Positions 27,470 to 41,095 of a stretch of DNA of 64,000 nucleotides are shown here, piece by piece. Where the stretch lies: NCBI RefSeq assembly GCF_001194135.2, contig NC_068982.1:175421934-175485933 (forward strand), written 5' to 3'. The stretch comes from Octopus bimaculoides. Lineage: Eukaryota. A model generated the notes under the pieces. It worked only from the letters and a program-made list of their open reading frames with translations, ran no database searches and was not told the origin of the DNA. Both the position numbers and the translations under genes were made by a program. Each line of letters begins with the position of its first letter. Position 1 is the stretch's first letter.

Positions 27470-28135
27470 GAAAATCAATGATACAATCATATATATGGTG
27501 GATGGGCCAATTCATATCAGCAAAGACAGGAAGACCATTTCATCTGTGCCAAGTAGTTACTAAACAAGACTAAAAAAACCCACAAACATCGCATACTTTG
27601 GTTCTTCTCTGATGAGAGAACTTTTGATCTAACAGGAGAAATGACAGATTAAGTGCAGAGCCTTCTGATATCTCCAGAGTGATGCACATCATGTTTACAA
27701 CAACTGTGATGATTTTAGGAGTGGTGAGTAATGAACGTCATGTCATGCTATCTCACAATTTTCACATGATCTTTGAATTAGTGCTACTGGATACGTTGAG
27801 GTGCTGGAGATGGTTTGTTAAGCCTTGGATAGATGAAATACACAGCAGAAGACCACATGTGTTCCAACAATATTTAGCACTTTTTCACAAAGCCCATGTA
27901 TCCCAAGAACGGTTGTCAGACAACCTTTAGTATCATGTAGCCTTAAACTTGTGGTCTCCAGATTTAAATCCCATAAACTACTACAAGTGGAGTATTGTTG
28001 AAAAATAGACTAATCAACATCCTCACAATACCATGGCTACACTGAAGGCAATCATTGTCCAGGTAATGTTCAAAATGAAGAAGGACCATTTAGTACAGGT
28101 ATGCCAATGATTTCAGTCCTACATTTAGAGCAGAA
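27470..28135 (+). mobile_element. Tc1/mariner DD37D (maT-like) transposase fragment, degenerate
   Basis: Contains WFFSDE, MILGVVSNE...KPWIDEI...RPHVFQQ and ...PDLNPINY; homologous to the 38.7 kb copy. Confidence 0.78.
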
Positions 28136-28539
28136 GGCTAAATTAACAAATATGTCCTCAAAAACCTCTTGCACCATATATATATATATAGGTGTGTGAG
28201 TATGTGTGTATCTGTACACACATGCATATACTTATATATACATAAGTATAAACACACATATACATATATGTATCTACTATCATGATTTTATGTCCACTTT
28301 CCATTGGAATCTTTCGACTTTGTATTTTACATCATGGAATTGGGAGACAGTATGTAAGCTTATATTTGTATCAGAAAGCAGAAATTGTAAGCAGATTATA
28401 GGTTAGTGCTCCAATGGTGAGATTTTATGAAGAATTTGATATGAAAATGACAAGAGTCTGAAACATGTTAAAGGTGAAGTAGAAACTCAGTTTATTTTCT
28501 TTAATGCAAATTGTAAATCCTCATCTATGTATGTAATAG

Positions 28540-28820
28540 AGCAAAATTGAGCAGAGGGAAAAGCTGGTGTAATAGGAACGGGATGTAGTGTTCAAGACCA
28601 GGCAGTTATGGAGAAAGTTAGTTGCGAAGCACTCAAACTGGATATAACCTGTCAAAGAACAAGACGTAGGAAGAGATGAGATGAGATGAAGTAAAGAAGA
28701 TTAACCTCAAAATGATGAACCTCACAAAAGGGATGACAAAGGACTGCAATACATATCAACATGTAATATTGGAGATCTTCTCACCCATGGAAACATGGCA
28801 AAATGGATATTAAAATGGTA
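28540..28820 (+). mobile_element. RTE LINE 3' end fragment, highly degenerate
   Basis: Similar to 22025-22350 (agagaaaagct...gtaggaagagatg...gatgaagt) and ends in an acccatg.a.catgg.aaa.tgga.attaaa tail. Confidence 0.55.
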
Positions 28821-30349
28821 GAAGAGATGAAAGTTGGCTGCGTAATATCTACGTTTGGGTTTCTTGCCCACTACATAAATCTCATGCTGCCATTTCCCTC
28901 TTGCATTACCTTCTCACCTATCACTGTACACCTGTGTAATGACGAGTAAGCATTAGATCTGTATATGTTAAACTGCATCCTACATTTTCCCTTTATCACT
29001 CTTCCTCGCCACATATGTAATGCGAGGTGATATTAGATTTGTCTGTGCGTAATCTCTTTACTATTACTCTTCTTTATTACTAGTCCCTCTTGCTCACATC
29101 ATTCCCTTCCACAATACCCATTAGTCATCACTTTCTTTTTCTCTCCCTTTTATCAACAACAAACTCTATTGCTATTCATCATTTGCTCTTTCTCTTACCA
29201 TTGCGCAGTCTTAACATCTTTATTGCTACTCATCACACTTTTCCCTATTATTACTGACACACTACCCTCACTCATCATCTGTTACTCCTCTTCTGTCACC
29301 AGTCTTCCCATCTATCACTCATTCACTCTTCACCATATTGCTCATGCTGCTTTTCTACTCAATTCCCCAACCAGCATGTATCAGCTTATCATAATCGCTC
29401 TCTAGATACTCACTCCTTTATCACACTCTTGGCCTATCACTCCATCTATTTCATCTGATTCTCCCTCCTATTACCATCTCTCATTCATTCTTGATCATGC
29501 AGTCTTGAATGAATTAGGACGTTGTAGAATAGAAAGGACAATTTGGACTGACCAAGACAGACAACCTCAGCAAGGCTGCTGTCATGATAAACATACTCAG
29601 TAAAGTTGTTGGCAAATGAACTGAGCCAATATACAATAGAAAGAATTCTCTCGTCTTGCTGAAGGCACAACAGATTCTCTGTAGCTGGTGCTACAATAGA
29701 ATACACTTAGTACACTCTGTAAAGTGGTTAGCATTAGGAAGGGCTTCGGCTGAAGAAATCATGCCATAAATGAAATATATAAGTGAGATGTAGTTCTTTG
29801 ATCCATCCAGAAGGACAGTAAGACTGTAAAACCAGTTCGAATGATGCCAATAGGGAAAGCAGACATAAAATGATGTCCATAAGTACACGCACGCATGTGT
29901 GTGTGTGTGTGTGTGTGTGTATGAATAAGCATATGTGAATGTATTATATATATGTGTATACATGTTAGGGGGTGAAAGTGCATAGGCTAGAAAGTTCATA
30001 GGCTCATGACTGCAATGTCATGAGTTCAATTCTTGGACCAGGCAGCATGCTGTGTCCTTGAGAGAGGTATTTCATTTCACGTTGCCCTTGTTTACTCAGC
30101 TGAAAATAAGTGCCAACTAGCTGTAGGTGCAACTCTCTATCTTTCCAGCTATTCAATCCCCAATGTTCTATGAGGTCAAGAGTGTGTCTATGTCTGCTTG
30201 TCAGTAATTAGGGACTTAAAACAAATAGCAAATGTGTGGGGCAAACAACTATATAAGCTTACTCATTTACCAGTGATACTTGAGATTATATATTTATATG
30301 TATATATATGTGTGTGTGTGTGCCTAGGTATATATATATATATATATAT

Positions 30350-30624
30350 TACGGAGATGCACTTGCATAGCAAGTGACCTGATCTGAGATCGTGTGCGGG
30401 AACGAAAACAATTGCAGCGTGGAAGGTGTTTATAAGCCATTTAAAATAGCACACAAAATTCGTTAGATTCACTTCAACATTTAAATTTAATTTGTCAAAA
30501 TATTTTCGTCGCTTTGACCTCAAAGCGACGAAAATATTTTGACAAATTAAATTTAAATGTTGAAGTGAATCTAACGAATTTTGTGTGCTATTTTAAATGG
30601 CTTATAAACACCTTCCACACTGCA
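30350..30624. repeat. Near-perfect palindrome (105-bp arms, 2-nt loop) running into an N gap
   Basis: 30413-30517 pairs with 30520-30624 with one mismatch (30418/30619); centre is gctttga-cc-tcaaagc. Confidence 0.9.
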
Positions 30625-32059
30625 NNNNNNNNNNNNNNNNNNNNNNNNNNNNNNNNNNNNNNNNNNNNNNNNNNNNNNNNNNNNNNNNNNNNNNNNNNNN
30701 NNNNNNNNNNNNNNNNNNNNNNNNNNNNNNNNNNNNNNNNNNNNNNNNNNNNNNNNNNNNNNNNNNNNNNNNNNNNNNNNNNNNNNNNNNNNNNNNNNNN
30801 NNNNNNNNNNNNNNNNNNNNNNNNNNNNNNNNNNNNNNNNNNNNNNNNNNNNNNNNNNNNNNNNNNNNNNNNNNNNNNNNNNNNNNNNNNNNNNNNNNNN
30901 NNNNNNNNNNNNNNNNNNNNNNNNNNNNNNNNNNNNNNNNNNNNNNNNNNNNNNNNNNNNNNNNNNNNNNNNNNNNNAGATAGCATTACTTGTAACTCAC
31001 AAAGGCAAAAACAATGCTATCTGTTGGAGTCTCAGCTTTTTTAGCTGCTATTTCTGAACTTCGGTATGTGGTGAAGCAAATGTTTGCTGATCCCTTAATT
31101 ATGTTTATAAATGTATATATATATATATATATATATATACACAAATACACACACATGAATGTATGTATATGTATGTGTGTGTGTGTGTGTGATATATTTT
31201 CAGAAATTTTAATATTTTGTCTTTGGGATATTGGATTTTATGTATCCAGTAATAATTGCTATTTTGGTCACTGTTATTGATATTGGTACCATGAAGCAGC
31301 AGCATTTATATAAATTCAACAGTTTTAGATCATATAATTTTACAAAATATGCATACATTTCTATATTAAAGTATTAAAAAAAAAAAAGTAACTTAAAGAA
31401 ACATACATAGCTTATATGCACATATGTTTCAGTGTCTTAGTAACAGTAGTTATGTCTGTGGAGTAGAGAACAAAAAAAAAAAAAAAAAAAAAAAAACTGA
31501 TACCTTTCATGACAAAGGTTCTAATTGGGAACTGAACTGAAATAAATGACAACATGGAATACACGTATGTATGTATGTATGCATGCATGTGTGCGTGTGT
31601 GTGTGCATGAATGCACGTGTGTGTATATGTGCATATATATATATAATGAACAAATAAAAACAATTTAGACATTGAACCAACTAAACTGTTGCAGATTGTG
31701 ACATTAAATTTTAGAATAATACATTAGAAAACTGAGATTACTTGACAATAACTCACCTAAAATTATATACATGTACATTATAACATTATACCAAAATACC
31801 TTTTTAGTATCTAATACAGAACTGATTCACTTAAAATATTGAATTCACCTCTAAAGTCACACATTTTTATGTAGGATACCCTTGATTAAATCATTTAACT
31901 GGATCTTATTTTAGAAACCCTTAGACTGTTGACGGTCATAATTATAAACCTTAGAGGTATTTGAGTTCAGAATATAAAAGGACATAACAAAATACTGCTA
32001 GACATTTTGTCCAAACTCTACCAATGTCAGTCCAGCATTGCAGATGGAAAGTTCTAATC

Positions 32060-32350
32060 CAGGGGTTTTCAAACTGTGGTCCGCGGACCACAGGGGGTCC
32101 GCAAGGACAAGACAGGGGGTCCGTGGACAGCAAATACTTTTTATGGGCAATTTGATTTTATATATGCTTTTTAATCGAAATCTTTTAATTGACAATAAAC
32201 CTATTTGTTAAATACTGTTAAATAAATAAATGTAAAAATATATGTTATTTTAAGCAAATATTTATGTATAAATTTCATAAGCGTTTATAAAGGTAAAGCC
32301 TGAAATGAAATATAAAGGGGTCCGCAAGTCAAAAAGTTTGAAAACCCCTG
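32060..32350. mobile_element. hAT-superfamily MITE (291 bp)
   Basis: TIRs CAGGGGTTTTCAAACT / AGTTTGAAAACCCCTG, perfect 8-bp TSD ttctaatc (32052-59 and 32351-58), internal ggggtccgc repeats. Confidence 0.93.
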
Positions 32351-34379
32351 TTCTAATCTATTTTACAAAACCAGAAACCATACTGTGTATAATACAGTTT
32401 GGTTTCTGTTCTTCTTCATCTACCTTACAACCAGTTAATCTGAAGATCTTATTTTTAATAAGCCAATTTTTAAATGAATTGCCAATCATCAAACTGCATC
32501 ATCATCACCACCACTTTTAACATCATCATTGTTTTAATGTCCACTTTTCATGCTTATATGGGTTAGACAGAGTTTTATCGAGGTAGATTTTCTATGGCTG
32601 GATGTTCTTCTTGTCACCAACCCTCACCTGTTTCCAAGCAAGGTATATGCATATTACAGAATTTCATTGAATTCATATAACTGCATGCATAATTATAATG
32701 AAATTCATAATCAAGCACCTAGTTTACTACATTGTTATAGAGCACCATTGTTATAATTATTTATATCTAGAATATTGCTTTTCAGAACATTCATGTGTTC
32801 CGGTGTTATACTTTAAACAACCTTAACTATGGAAGAAAATCAAAGACAATCAAAATCTTTGTATTTAATGAAACAAGTCTGAGTGTTATATTTCAAACAA
32901 GCTTAACTATAGAAAACTGAAATTATAATTAAATTTATGACATAATGAAATAAAGTTATGTTTATTTCTATAAATAAAAGTAAAGAAAATTATAAACAGT
33001 GAAATTTCCATGGGATCTGCTAATTCTTCTTCTTCTTCTTCTTCTTCTTATTATTATTAAAGGGTAGTGGATTGGCAGACTCATTAAAGCATTGAAATTT
33101 TTAACACGTGTCTCATAGCAAGTCATTGTCGTAAAAATTGGACATCTGTCTATCTGTTGTATGATCTATATGTTAATAATTGTGTTCTTGCTTTGTAAAA
33201 GATAGGTAACAGTATGTCCTGGATAAGAATATTACCAACTATATAATACTTAAGTATCTCTTAAATTGTTATTGTCGAAATGAAGTTTGGTGTTTTATAG
33301 CAGAAAATAACCATAGAACATGACAGCAAGAATTGAATTGAGAGAGGCAGAGGAAAGATTAGGGAAAAGACAATGAGAAAAATATAAAAGTTAGGAATAA
33401 AGATAGTAGGACTAGGAACAGTGAGAAACAGGATGTACAGAATGAAATTAATGCAAGAAATGGAGTTAGATGTCATGTGATGAATGATGAAGTTGAAGCT
33501 TATAGGAAAAGAATGAGAAATGTTAATTAAGAAAGAAGGCAAAATATAAATGATGCTGATATGCAAATAGAAAATAGACTGAAGAGAATTTACAAGGTTT
33601 CCCAGAAATTAATCAAAGGATTATGAATAAAATGATAGAATATTATTGCTGAGTGGGGAGATGTTTATGACTGATACTGTACCAAAGATGGAATGTGAAA
33701 TTTCCACAGGTACTGCAAGTAATTTGAGGAAGTTGAACACTAATAAAAAGATAAGTTGTAGTTACATGAAATTCCAGTTTGGTAAGAATACGAGTTGCAC
33801 AATTACAAAAGTTAAGAGGAATAGATGCAATTAAAATGACACTGACAAATATAGAGGCACCCTCACAACTGTAGTGGCACTTCTTGAAGTGGAGAAGTAT
33901 AAAATTAACAAATATGGTAAAAGCAAATTACCACTTGATAGAAGCAATGTAGTACCTTGGTGTAATGTATCCTGTGTGCTGATAATAAATGGTGAAATAC
34001 AAAAGATGGGAGGAAAGGAATTTTTCCCTGTTCTTAGATTGTTAAGGTTTCTTTCAGAATGGGATGCTTTAGTTGAAGGTTGGCAGCCAATCATTCTCAA
34101 TAAAAATAAACGTTTACACTTGTTTTTTGAATAATGAAGTGAAACATTTTATCTGAATATAATGAGTTAATTCTTAGCTTATTTAACTAAAACTCAAAAA
34201 CAAATTCTGGGGTATGTCTTTTCAATGAAATACAACAATAACAGGAAAATGTCATTGGTAACATCATTCTGAATGCAATTCATCATATGATATATGACAA
34301 TAAATGCTATATGTATTTCAAGTTGGTTGATGCGTGTTCCAGTTGCAAAGTTAGCCTTCGGTGTGACTAATGCATAAGT

Positions 34380-34700
34380 GCTTTGAAACGCACTTATTCA
34401 TTAGTTGCATCAAAAACAGTATGATAACTAACAATAATACCAAAGAAGTTCACACCTATCTTGATGATGCCATTGATGCTGCAAAAATATTGAGATGCAC
34501 AATGGGAATTTGGTTTCATTATTGCAGTTACTACAAATGTTAACATTACATTAAACAATGAGAAATATCTCGGCCAGACATCCACTCATTACCTAAGATA
34601 CAATAGAAGATAATTCTTTGCAACCTGAAGATTGCAACCCTTTGTTGATTATACATCTTGCTATTCTAAACAACTACTATGACAACAGAGTTCGTTTAGT
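34380..34700 (+). mobile_element. Possible Gypsy-type reverse transcriptase relic
   Basis: YLDD motif (acctatcttgatgat) followed, in another frame, by EFGF...KYLGQ. Heavily mutated. Confidence 0.3.
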
Positions 34701-37700
34701 TACTGTTCTGAATTGGTGTTCCCTGATTTGGAATTAATTCAACTCCTTGCAAGAACCTTAATTTTATACAGCAAAAGAAGACACTTAGATACTATCCATT
34801 TGTTTAAACCTTCAATAGTTAATGTGTTTCTCATCCATTTTAATTGAAGTTCCACCACATGTTGAAACTGGTGCTTCTAGAAGTATGATTTCTGGCACCC
34901 TTTCATAGTGTAATAAACCTATTGTTTTCTTCTCTAGAACTCTTTTTTCACTCTGAACAAACTCTTTCAACAATTGGAAAAGACGGTATGCCTAAAGTGT
35001 TAGGAAATTGCAAACTATTTTACTCTGACACTAGTTTATATTGTACACTGATTGATCAACAAGTCGTCATGTTCATGGATTATAGAAAATTTTCTAAAGA
35101 TCTTGGCGTGGAAGTACTACAGAGTGGCTTCACTTGTTCCAGGTAAAGTCAACAAGCATGGCTATGTTGAAACTGCCTGCAACTGAACCTATCTAAGAAC
35201 TACTTAGAGTAACTCCTTCCTCTATATAGCATGCACTTGTTCAGTGTTGGTGCATTGCTGATTTGTGGATTTATTTTGATAGGTATGGGAGTCATGGATT
35301 GTAAGATTGTGGTTTTGATTCCTGGACTGGGCAATGCATTGTGTTCTTGAGTAAAACATTTTATTTTTTGTTGCTCCAGTCCACTCAGCTAGTATAAATG
35401 AGTAATCCTGTGATGGTTCAGGGAGGAATATATACACCAGATAAACTAGGAAACTGGCCCTATGATCCCTATGGAGTAATGTGGACTGACCCACAATAAT
35501 GGAGAAAGCAAAAAAAAAAAAACGTATCTTACCATGTGTAAGATATATTTGGCTACCAGGTAACTCAACAGTGAAGGTCAACCAACTGCTTTACTTTGGA
35601 AAGGAAGAGTGGACATTTGTCTTTGGCTTGGAGGTAAAAATGAAGGAAGTCATCCCGAATGTGGTTGGAATATTTGAGAGCAGAGCTTTTCTTCTTAGAC
35701 CCAAACACTTACAAATCTCTTTAAGTATTTCATGAAAAGGGTAGAGAGGGAATGTACTGCTCCTCAGTTAATTTTATAAAAGGTAGATGAGAGTAGCAAA
35801 ACTAGTATGGCTAAATGAGCCTAATCTAAATACAAAGTTGTAGGTGGCAGCTGAAACTAAGACAAAGAACTTGCTTTTGGTACATCAGACAACCTGGAGT
35901 CAGTGGGTGGTTAAAATGAAATATGCTACGTGCTGGCTCCACCCACCACTTTGAGGATCTTTTCTTGTTACTCTCTTGTTCTGCATAGCTATGTCTATTT
36001 ATTGTTATTTAATTGTTAATGTGTCTCTATTGTGTTGATTTCAGTTTTATCAATACAGCACTGTTTTTTTATTTGAAGTTTCCATTTGTATTTCCACAAT
36101 ATCTTAGATGCTTGCAACCAAAAAACAAAATTATCCATATCATTATCAGAGCCTAAGGTGGCAATGCAGCAAAATTGTTAATGCATCAAACATAATGCAA
36201 GGCAGCATTTCTTCTGACTCTTTATGTTCTGAGTGCAAATTCCACCAAGGTCAACACTACATTTCACCCTTTCTTGAGTACAACTGGTATCAGTATAATA
36301 AACCTGTTCTCAACCCTTAAAACTGCTAGCCTTGTGTCAAAATTTGAAACTATTATTACAGCACTTGGCATCATAAGCAGCAGTTTCTGATCAAATGTAT
36401 TAATATCAGAAACAGAAGTGTCTGACTAAATGTGTTGATGATTGAAACAGTGAAATGTCAGTGTAAATGTATTGAGATCAGAAACAGCAGTGTGTTAGAT
36501 TAACTGTATTGAAATAAGAAGAGGTAGTGTATCAGAGTAAATGTGTTGATGTCAGAGGCAGAAATGAGTCAGACTAAATGTGTTGAAGTATTCACTCATA
36601 TTCATTCATGCTCATTGAGTTCAACTTGCACTAAAACTAACTTTACCTTTCATCTACATAAAATAAGTATTAGTGATATTTGATTGAGTCAACTATTGCT
36701 CCCCTTTTCTTTCTCCAATAATCATGAGACCTTGAGCTAATGTAAGGAAATTATTATTTTGATCAAAGCAATCCAAATACTTGTGTTTAACTCAAGCTGA
36801 GAATAAATGACCAAGAAAACAGAAGGTGGAGTGGGAGAAGTATTAGGCGTGAAGAAGGTATGGTTGTTGCAGAGACACTGTGAAATTTAATGTGATTACT
36901 TGTGTTACTTTGGAATCAATGGTCAATGCCCTCTTGATATTCAAAAAAAAAAAGTAGAAAGAGAAAGGGAAAATGGAAGGAGACAGATAAAAAGAGAGAG
37001 AGCAAAAGGAAAGGAGAGTGAGAAAAGGGTGAGGGAGAAGGGAAGAGGAGAATGTTGAGAAGATTCAAAACAATTCAACATCAAAACCTAGGTAAGTAGT
37101 ATTGATATAAAAACTATAGTGGCATCAATTATTCTTATTATTAATAGTAGTAGAAGTTGTAAAATGCATTAATAACAGCAATAATCATAAGAAGATGGAA
37201 ATCAACAAACAGTAACAATAATGATGAGATGGGTAGTGATGATGAAGGATGATGGTGATAGCTTTTGGCTAAGGATGTTACATTACAAGTAGGTAAACTT
37301 GTAAGATGAAATCAGTTTGTTCCATTCATCTATCTATTGTCTTTCTTAAATTGTACTGTACTTCTATCTACTTCATCATCATCATTTTTACACCTGTTTT
37401 TTGTTTTTTTTTTCATGCTTCCATGGGTTAGATAATCTTCTCCTGTACAGTGTCTCATTATTTCACCTGGTCCTTTGTCGTTTCTTTCATAAACTCCAAC
37501 TCCTCTGAGATCAGCTTTCACTACATCTTTCTAAATTTGCCTCATTCCTCCAACACTGCCGCATCCTTACATTTAGATTGCTTGGCATTGCCTTATTATA
37601 AACTGTCATCTTCCATGTGTATCACATGACTATGCCATCACTGTTTCCTCTCTTGCACACAAATGATTCCTGTTATCTCTTCTTTTTTTCTATGTCAATT

Positions 37701-38024
37701 GTGCTTCACATTCATATACACTAACATTATATGCAGTGGAATATGTTTATGCATTTCTTTCCAGTCTTCATACATATTCTATATTCAATGCCTATGTTTC
37801 ACAATAATGAAGTATTACATTTTGCACACACATGTTATACAGTCAGAGAAAAAAATCCCTTTCTTGCAACCAGAGGTAAACTTTTTTACACAGAATTCTT
37901 AATCTTGGTCACCTAGGTAACATAAACTATCAAATATATTTATGAAGTCTTCTAAGCAGTTATTTCACAAGTGCTCTGAGTACTAATAACTGCAATAACA
38001 ATTCCTATCACCCCAGTCCCCTTT

Positions 38025-38065
<41 letters not shown>

Positions 38066-38071
38066 CATGTG

Positions 38072-38420
38072 CAGGCGCAATGGTCCAGTGGTTAGGGCAG
38101 CAGACTCATGGTTGTAGGATTGCAGCTTTGATTCCCAGACCAGGCATTGTAAGTGTTTATTGAGTGAAAACAGCTAAAACTCCATGAGGCTCTGGTAGGG
38201 GGTGGTGGTGAACCCTGCTATACTCTTTCACTACAACTTTCTCTCACTCTTTCTTCCTGTTTCTGTTGTAACTGTATTTCAAAGGGCCAGCCTCTGTGTC
38301 ACACCGAATCTCCCCAAGAACTACATTAAGGGTACACGTGTCAGTGGAGTGCTCAGCCACTTGCACGTTAATTGGGTCAACTGAAACCCTCGTCATCATA
38401 ACTGACGAAGTGCTACGATG
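38072..38420 (+). mobile_element. tRNA-headed SINE (fourth family)
   Basis: Head ggcgcaatggtccagtggttagggcagc...gattcccagacc followed by a non-tRNA body. Related heads near 12160, 23890, 30000 and 35250. Confidence 0.65.
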
Positions 38421-38683
38421 ATATAACCATCATCATCATTATTGTCGTCTAATGTCCATTGACCATGCTGGCATGGGTTGGACGGTTTGACCAGGGCTGG
38501 TAAGCTGAGGGGCTGCACCAGACTCCAGTCTGATTTGGCATGATTTCAATGGCTAGATACCCTTCTGAACACCAACCACTCTGAGAGTGTAACAGGTGCT
38601 TTTACGTGCCATCAGCATGGGTGCCAGTTGCTTGACACAGTATCTGCCACAACTATGATTTCACTTGGCTTGATAGGTCTTGT

Positions 38684-39816
38684 GTGTGTCAGCTTTTTGA
38701 GTTATACCTCTTTCAAGAGCTTTGTACAAAAGTCCAAGAAATAATTGATATAAACCATTGCTAAGGATCTCAAGGTTTCAGAAAGTGCCATCAAAAGAGT
38801 TGTGTATGAGAACATCTGGTCCAAGTCGTACAAGTTGTATGTGTGTTGTATGAGTTGGAGTGAGTTTAAGTTAAATGCAATGAGAGAGAATCATTTGATC
38901 CATGCAAAATGCTTGCTAAACAAGTTAAAACACCAAGAGGCTGGAATACTTTCGTTTTCCTTTGATGAGAAAAACGTTGATCAGTACCAAAAGGTAAATG
39001 AAAGGAATGACAGATAGTTATGCAGAGACTGAATAAGGTTCCAACTGTCATGCATACTAAATTCCCAGCAACTGTGATGATTTTCAGATCTGTCAGTAAC
39101 GAGAGAGATATTGTGCCTCCTTTTTTATTCACAGGGCTTAAGAGCCAATGCCGATGTCTACTCAGAGGTGTTAGAGAAAGTTTTGAGGCCCTGGATAGAC
39201 AGAGTACACAACAGAAGACTATACATCTTCCAGCAAGACTCTGCTTCATTTCATAAGGCAATAACAACTCAAGCATGGATGCGTGCCAATCTCCAAGACT
39301 ATGTTCTCTCAATGACATGGCCTCCAAGCTCACAAGATCTTAATCTACTGGACTATAACTTATGGGCATAGTCGAGAGGGCGGTCAATCAACACCTTTAT
39401 AACATCACACAATTTCTCAAGTTTGCCATAACCAGTACTATGTCCAAACTTAATAATGATCATCTGATTTGGGCATGTCAAGGCTTCCAATCTCATACTG
39501 AAGCAGCCATTGATACTATTGGTGGATGCATTAGATCATCATCATCATCGTTTAACGTCTGCTTTCCATGCTAGCATGGGTTGGATGATTTGACTGAGGA
39601 CTGGTGAACCAGATGGCTACACCAGGCTCCAATCTGATCTGGCAGAGTTTCTACAGCTGGATGCCCTTCCTAACGCCAACCACTCCGAGATAGCTGTGAT
39701 AAAAGGATTCTCAAGATTATTTATATCAATTTGTTTTCAAATATAGTTTTTCTTTGATGAGCTATGAGTCTTTTTCTAAATTCAAAGAAATGACCTCAAA
39801 AAACTGATGCACCCCG
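38684..39816 (+). mobile_element. Tc1/mariner DD37D (maT-like) transposon, near full length, with internal deletion and SINE insertion
   Basis: FSFDEKNVDQ; QQDSA...WPPSSQDLNLLDY has 37 residues between D2 and D3. The right TIR aaaaaactgatgcaccccg is followed by TA at 39817. A SINE sits at 39536-39690. Confidence 0.9.
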
Positions 39817-40384
39817 TAAGCGTGCACACACATCGTTGATTAATTTTGAGACTGTTTTTCCACGTTGACAGGAGTTGCATAAAGACTGTTAAGGCAGTAT
39901 TTTATGGCTCAATACCCTTTCTGTTGACAATCCCCACCTATTTTTTATATAAGGGATTTTTGTATCCCATCAATCATCATAAGTGAAAGGAGCAAAGCCA
40001 CAAGATGTAAACTTTACAGAGGATGTAAACATGGCAACATCATTTGTGCTCACACAATTTCATGTGAAGACATGTAGAATGTAAACACTTAAAAACACAT
40101 GCTAGCATGCATACACATACATGTATATGATGGGCTTCCAAACAGTTTCCTTGAAACAAGTTTACTCACAAGGCATTAAACCCGAGGGTATATATAAAAA
40201 AAAAGTTACATGGCCAATATGCTACAAACTGCGCTAGAACATAGAGCTGGTTACAGTTTTGCTTGCATCTATTACCTGACCTTATATTGAGAGAGAGAGA
40301 GAGAGAGATGTATACACAGACAAAGCTATATATGCTTATTGTGGTTAAACAATGGCTGAAAAACTAACTGTGTTGTTTTCTTTT

Positions 40385-40790
40385 ATGTGGCATCATTCCC
40401 TAAGAATTCAAGGATGCTACAGTTATTCACCTGTTTAAGAAGAAAGGTAGTGGCAGTTACAGAGGTATTCCTATCCTGTCAAATGCTGACAAAACTTTGG
40501 CAAGAATACACCTGAATTGCTCCTGTTGTTATCTCACCACTAACAATTTCCTATTAGAAAGCCAATGTATGTTTTGCTATAAAAGGGTACTGTTGGCATG
40601 ATCTTTGCAGTAAGACAGATCTAGAAGTGTATAGAACAGAATCAGGCTCTCTTGTGTGAAACCTTTGTTCATAACACTAATGCATTTAAGTCAGTGTGTT
40701 GTGATGGGTTGTGGAGAATCATAGTCCACCAATTCCAGGATGGCATACTGGCGAGTGCTATGAGTAATGAAGATATACTTTTTTCATTTT
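40385..40790 (+). mobile_element. RTE/BovB-like LINE reverse transcriptase fragment
   Basis: Reads GIIP*EFKDATVIHLFKKKG...YRGIPILSNADKTLARIHLN...ESQC...MIFAVRQI...DGLWRI...HQFQDGI, corresponding to RTE RT domains 0-3. Confidence 0.85.
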
Positions 40791-40812
40791 ATGCTAAGAA
40801 TGTTGTGGAAAT

Positions 40813-41095
40813 TGTATCATGAAAATTGTTCGTAAATAATTGTCCGGATACAATTATTCGTAAATAATCATTCGAAAAACAGCCATTCGAAATAAATATC
40901 ATTTGTGTACTTGATTTTTAATTTTATCATTTTTGTTTAAAGAAAATAAAAAATTTAGAATAATTAACATTTTGTATAATTGTCCTTTTGAATAATTTTC
41001 ATTCATACAATTTTCCATTCAAATAAATATTTTTTGAAATAATTATTTTTGAATAATTGTTTTCGAACAATTATTTTAGAACAATGTTCCCATAA
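40813..41095. mobile_element. Foldback/MULE-like MITE with short subterminal repeats
   Basis: Left units aattgttcgtaaataatt mirror right units aattgttttcgaacaatt / aattattttagaacaat. Flanked by a 10-bp direct repeat ttgtggaaat (40803-12 and 41096-105). Confidence 0.5.

Noticed and set aside
38072-38150. tRNA-like sequence
   Set aside because: A/B-box head runs into a SINE body and no complete cloverleaf can be drawn.
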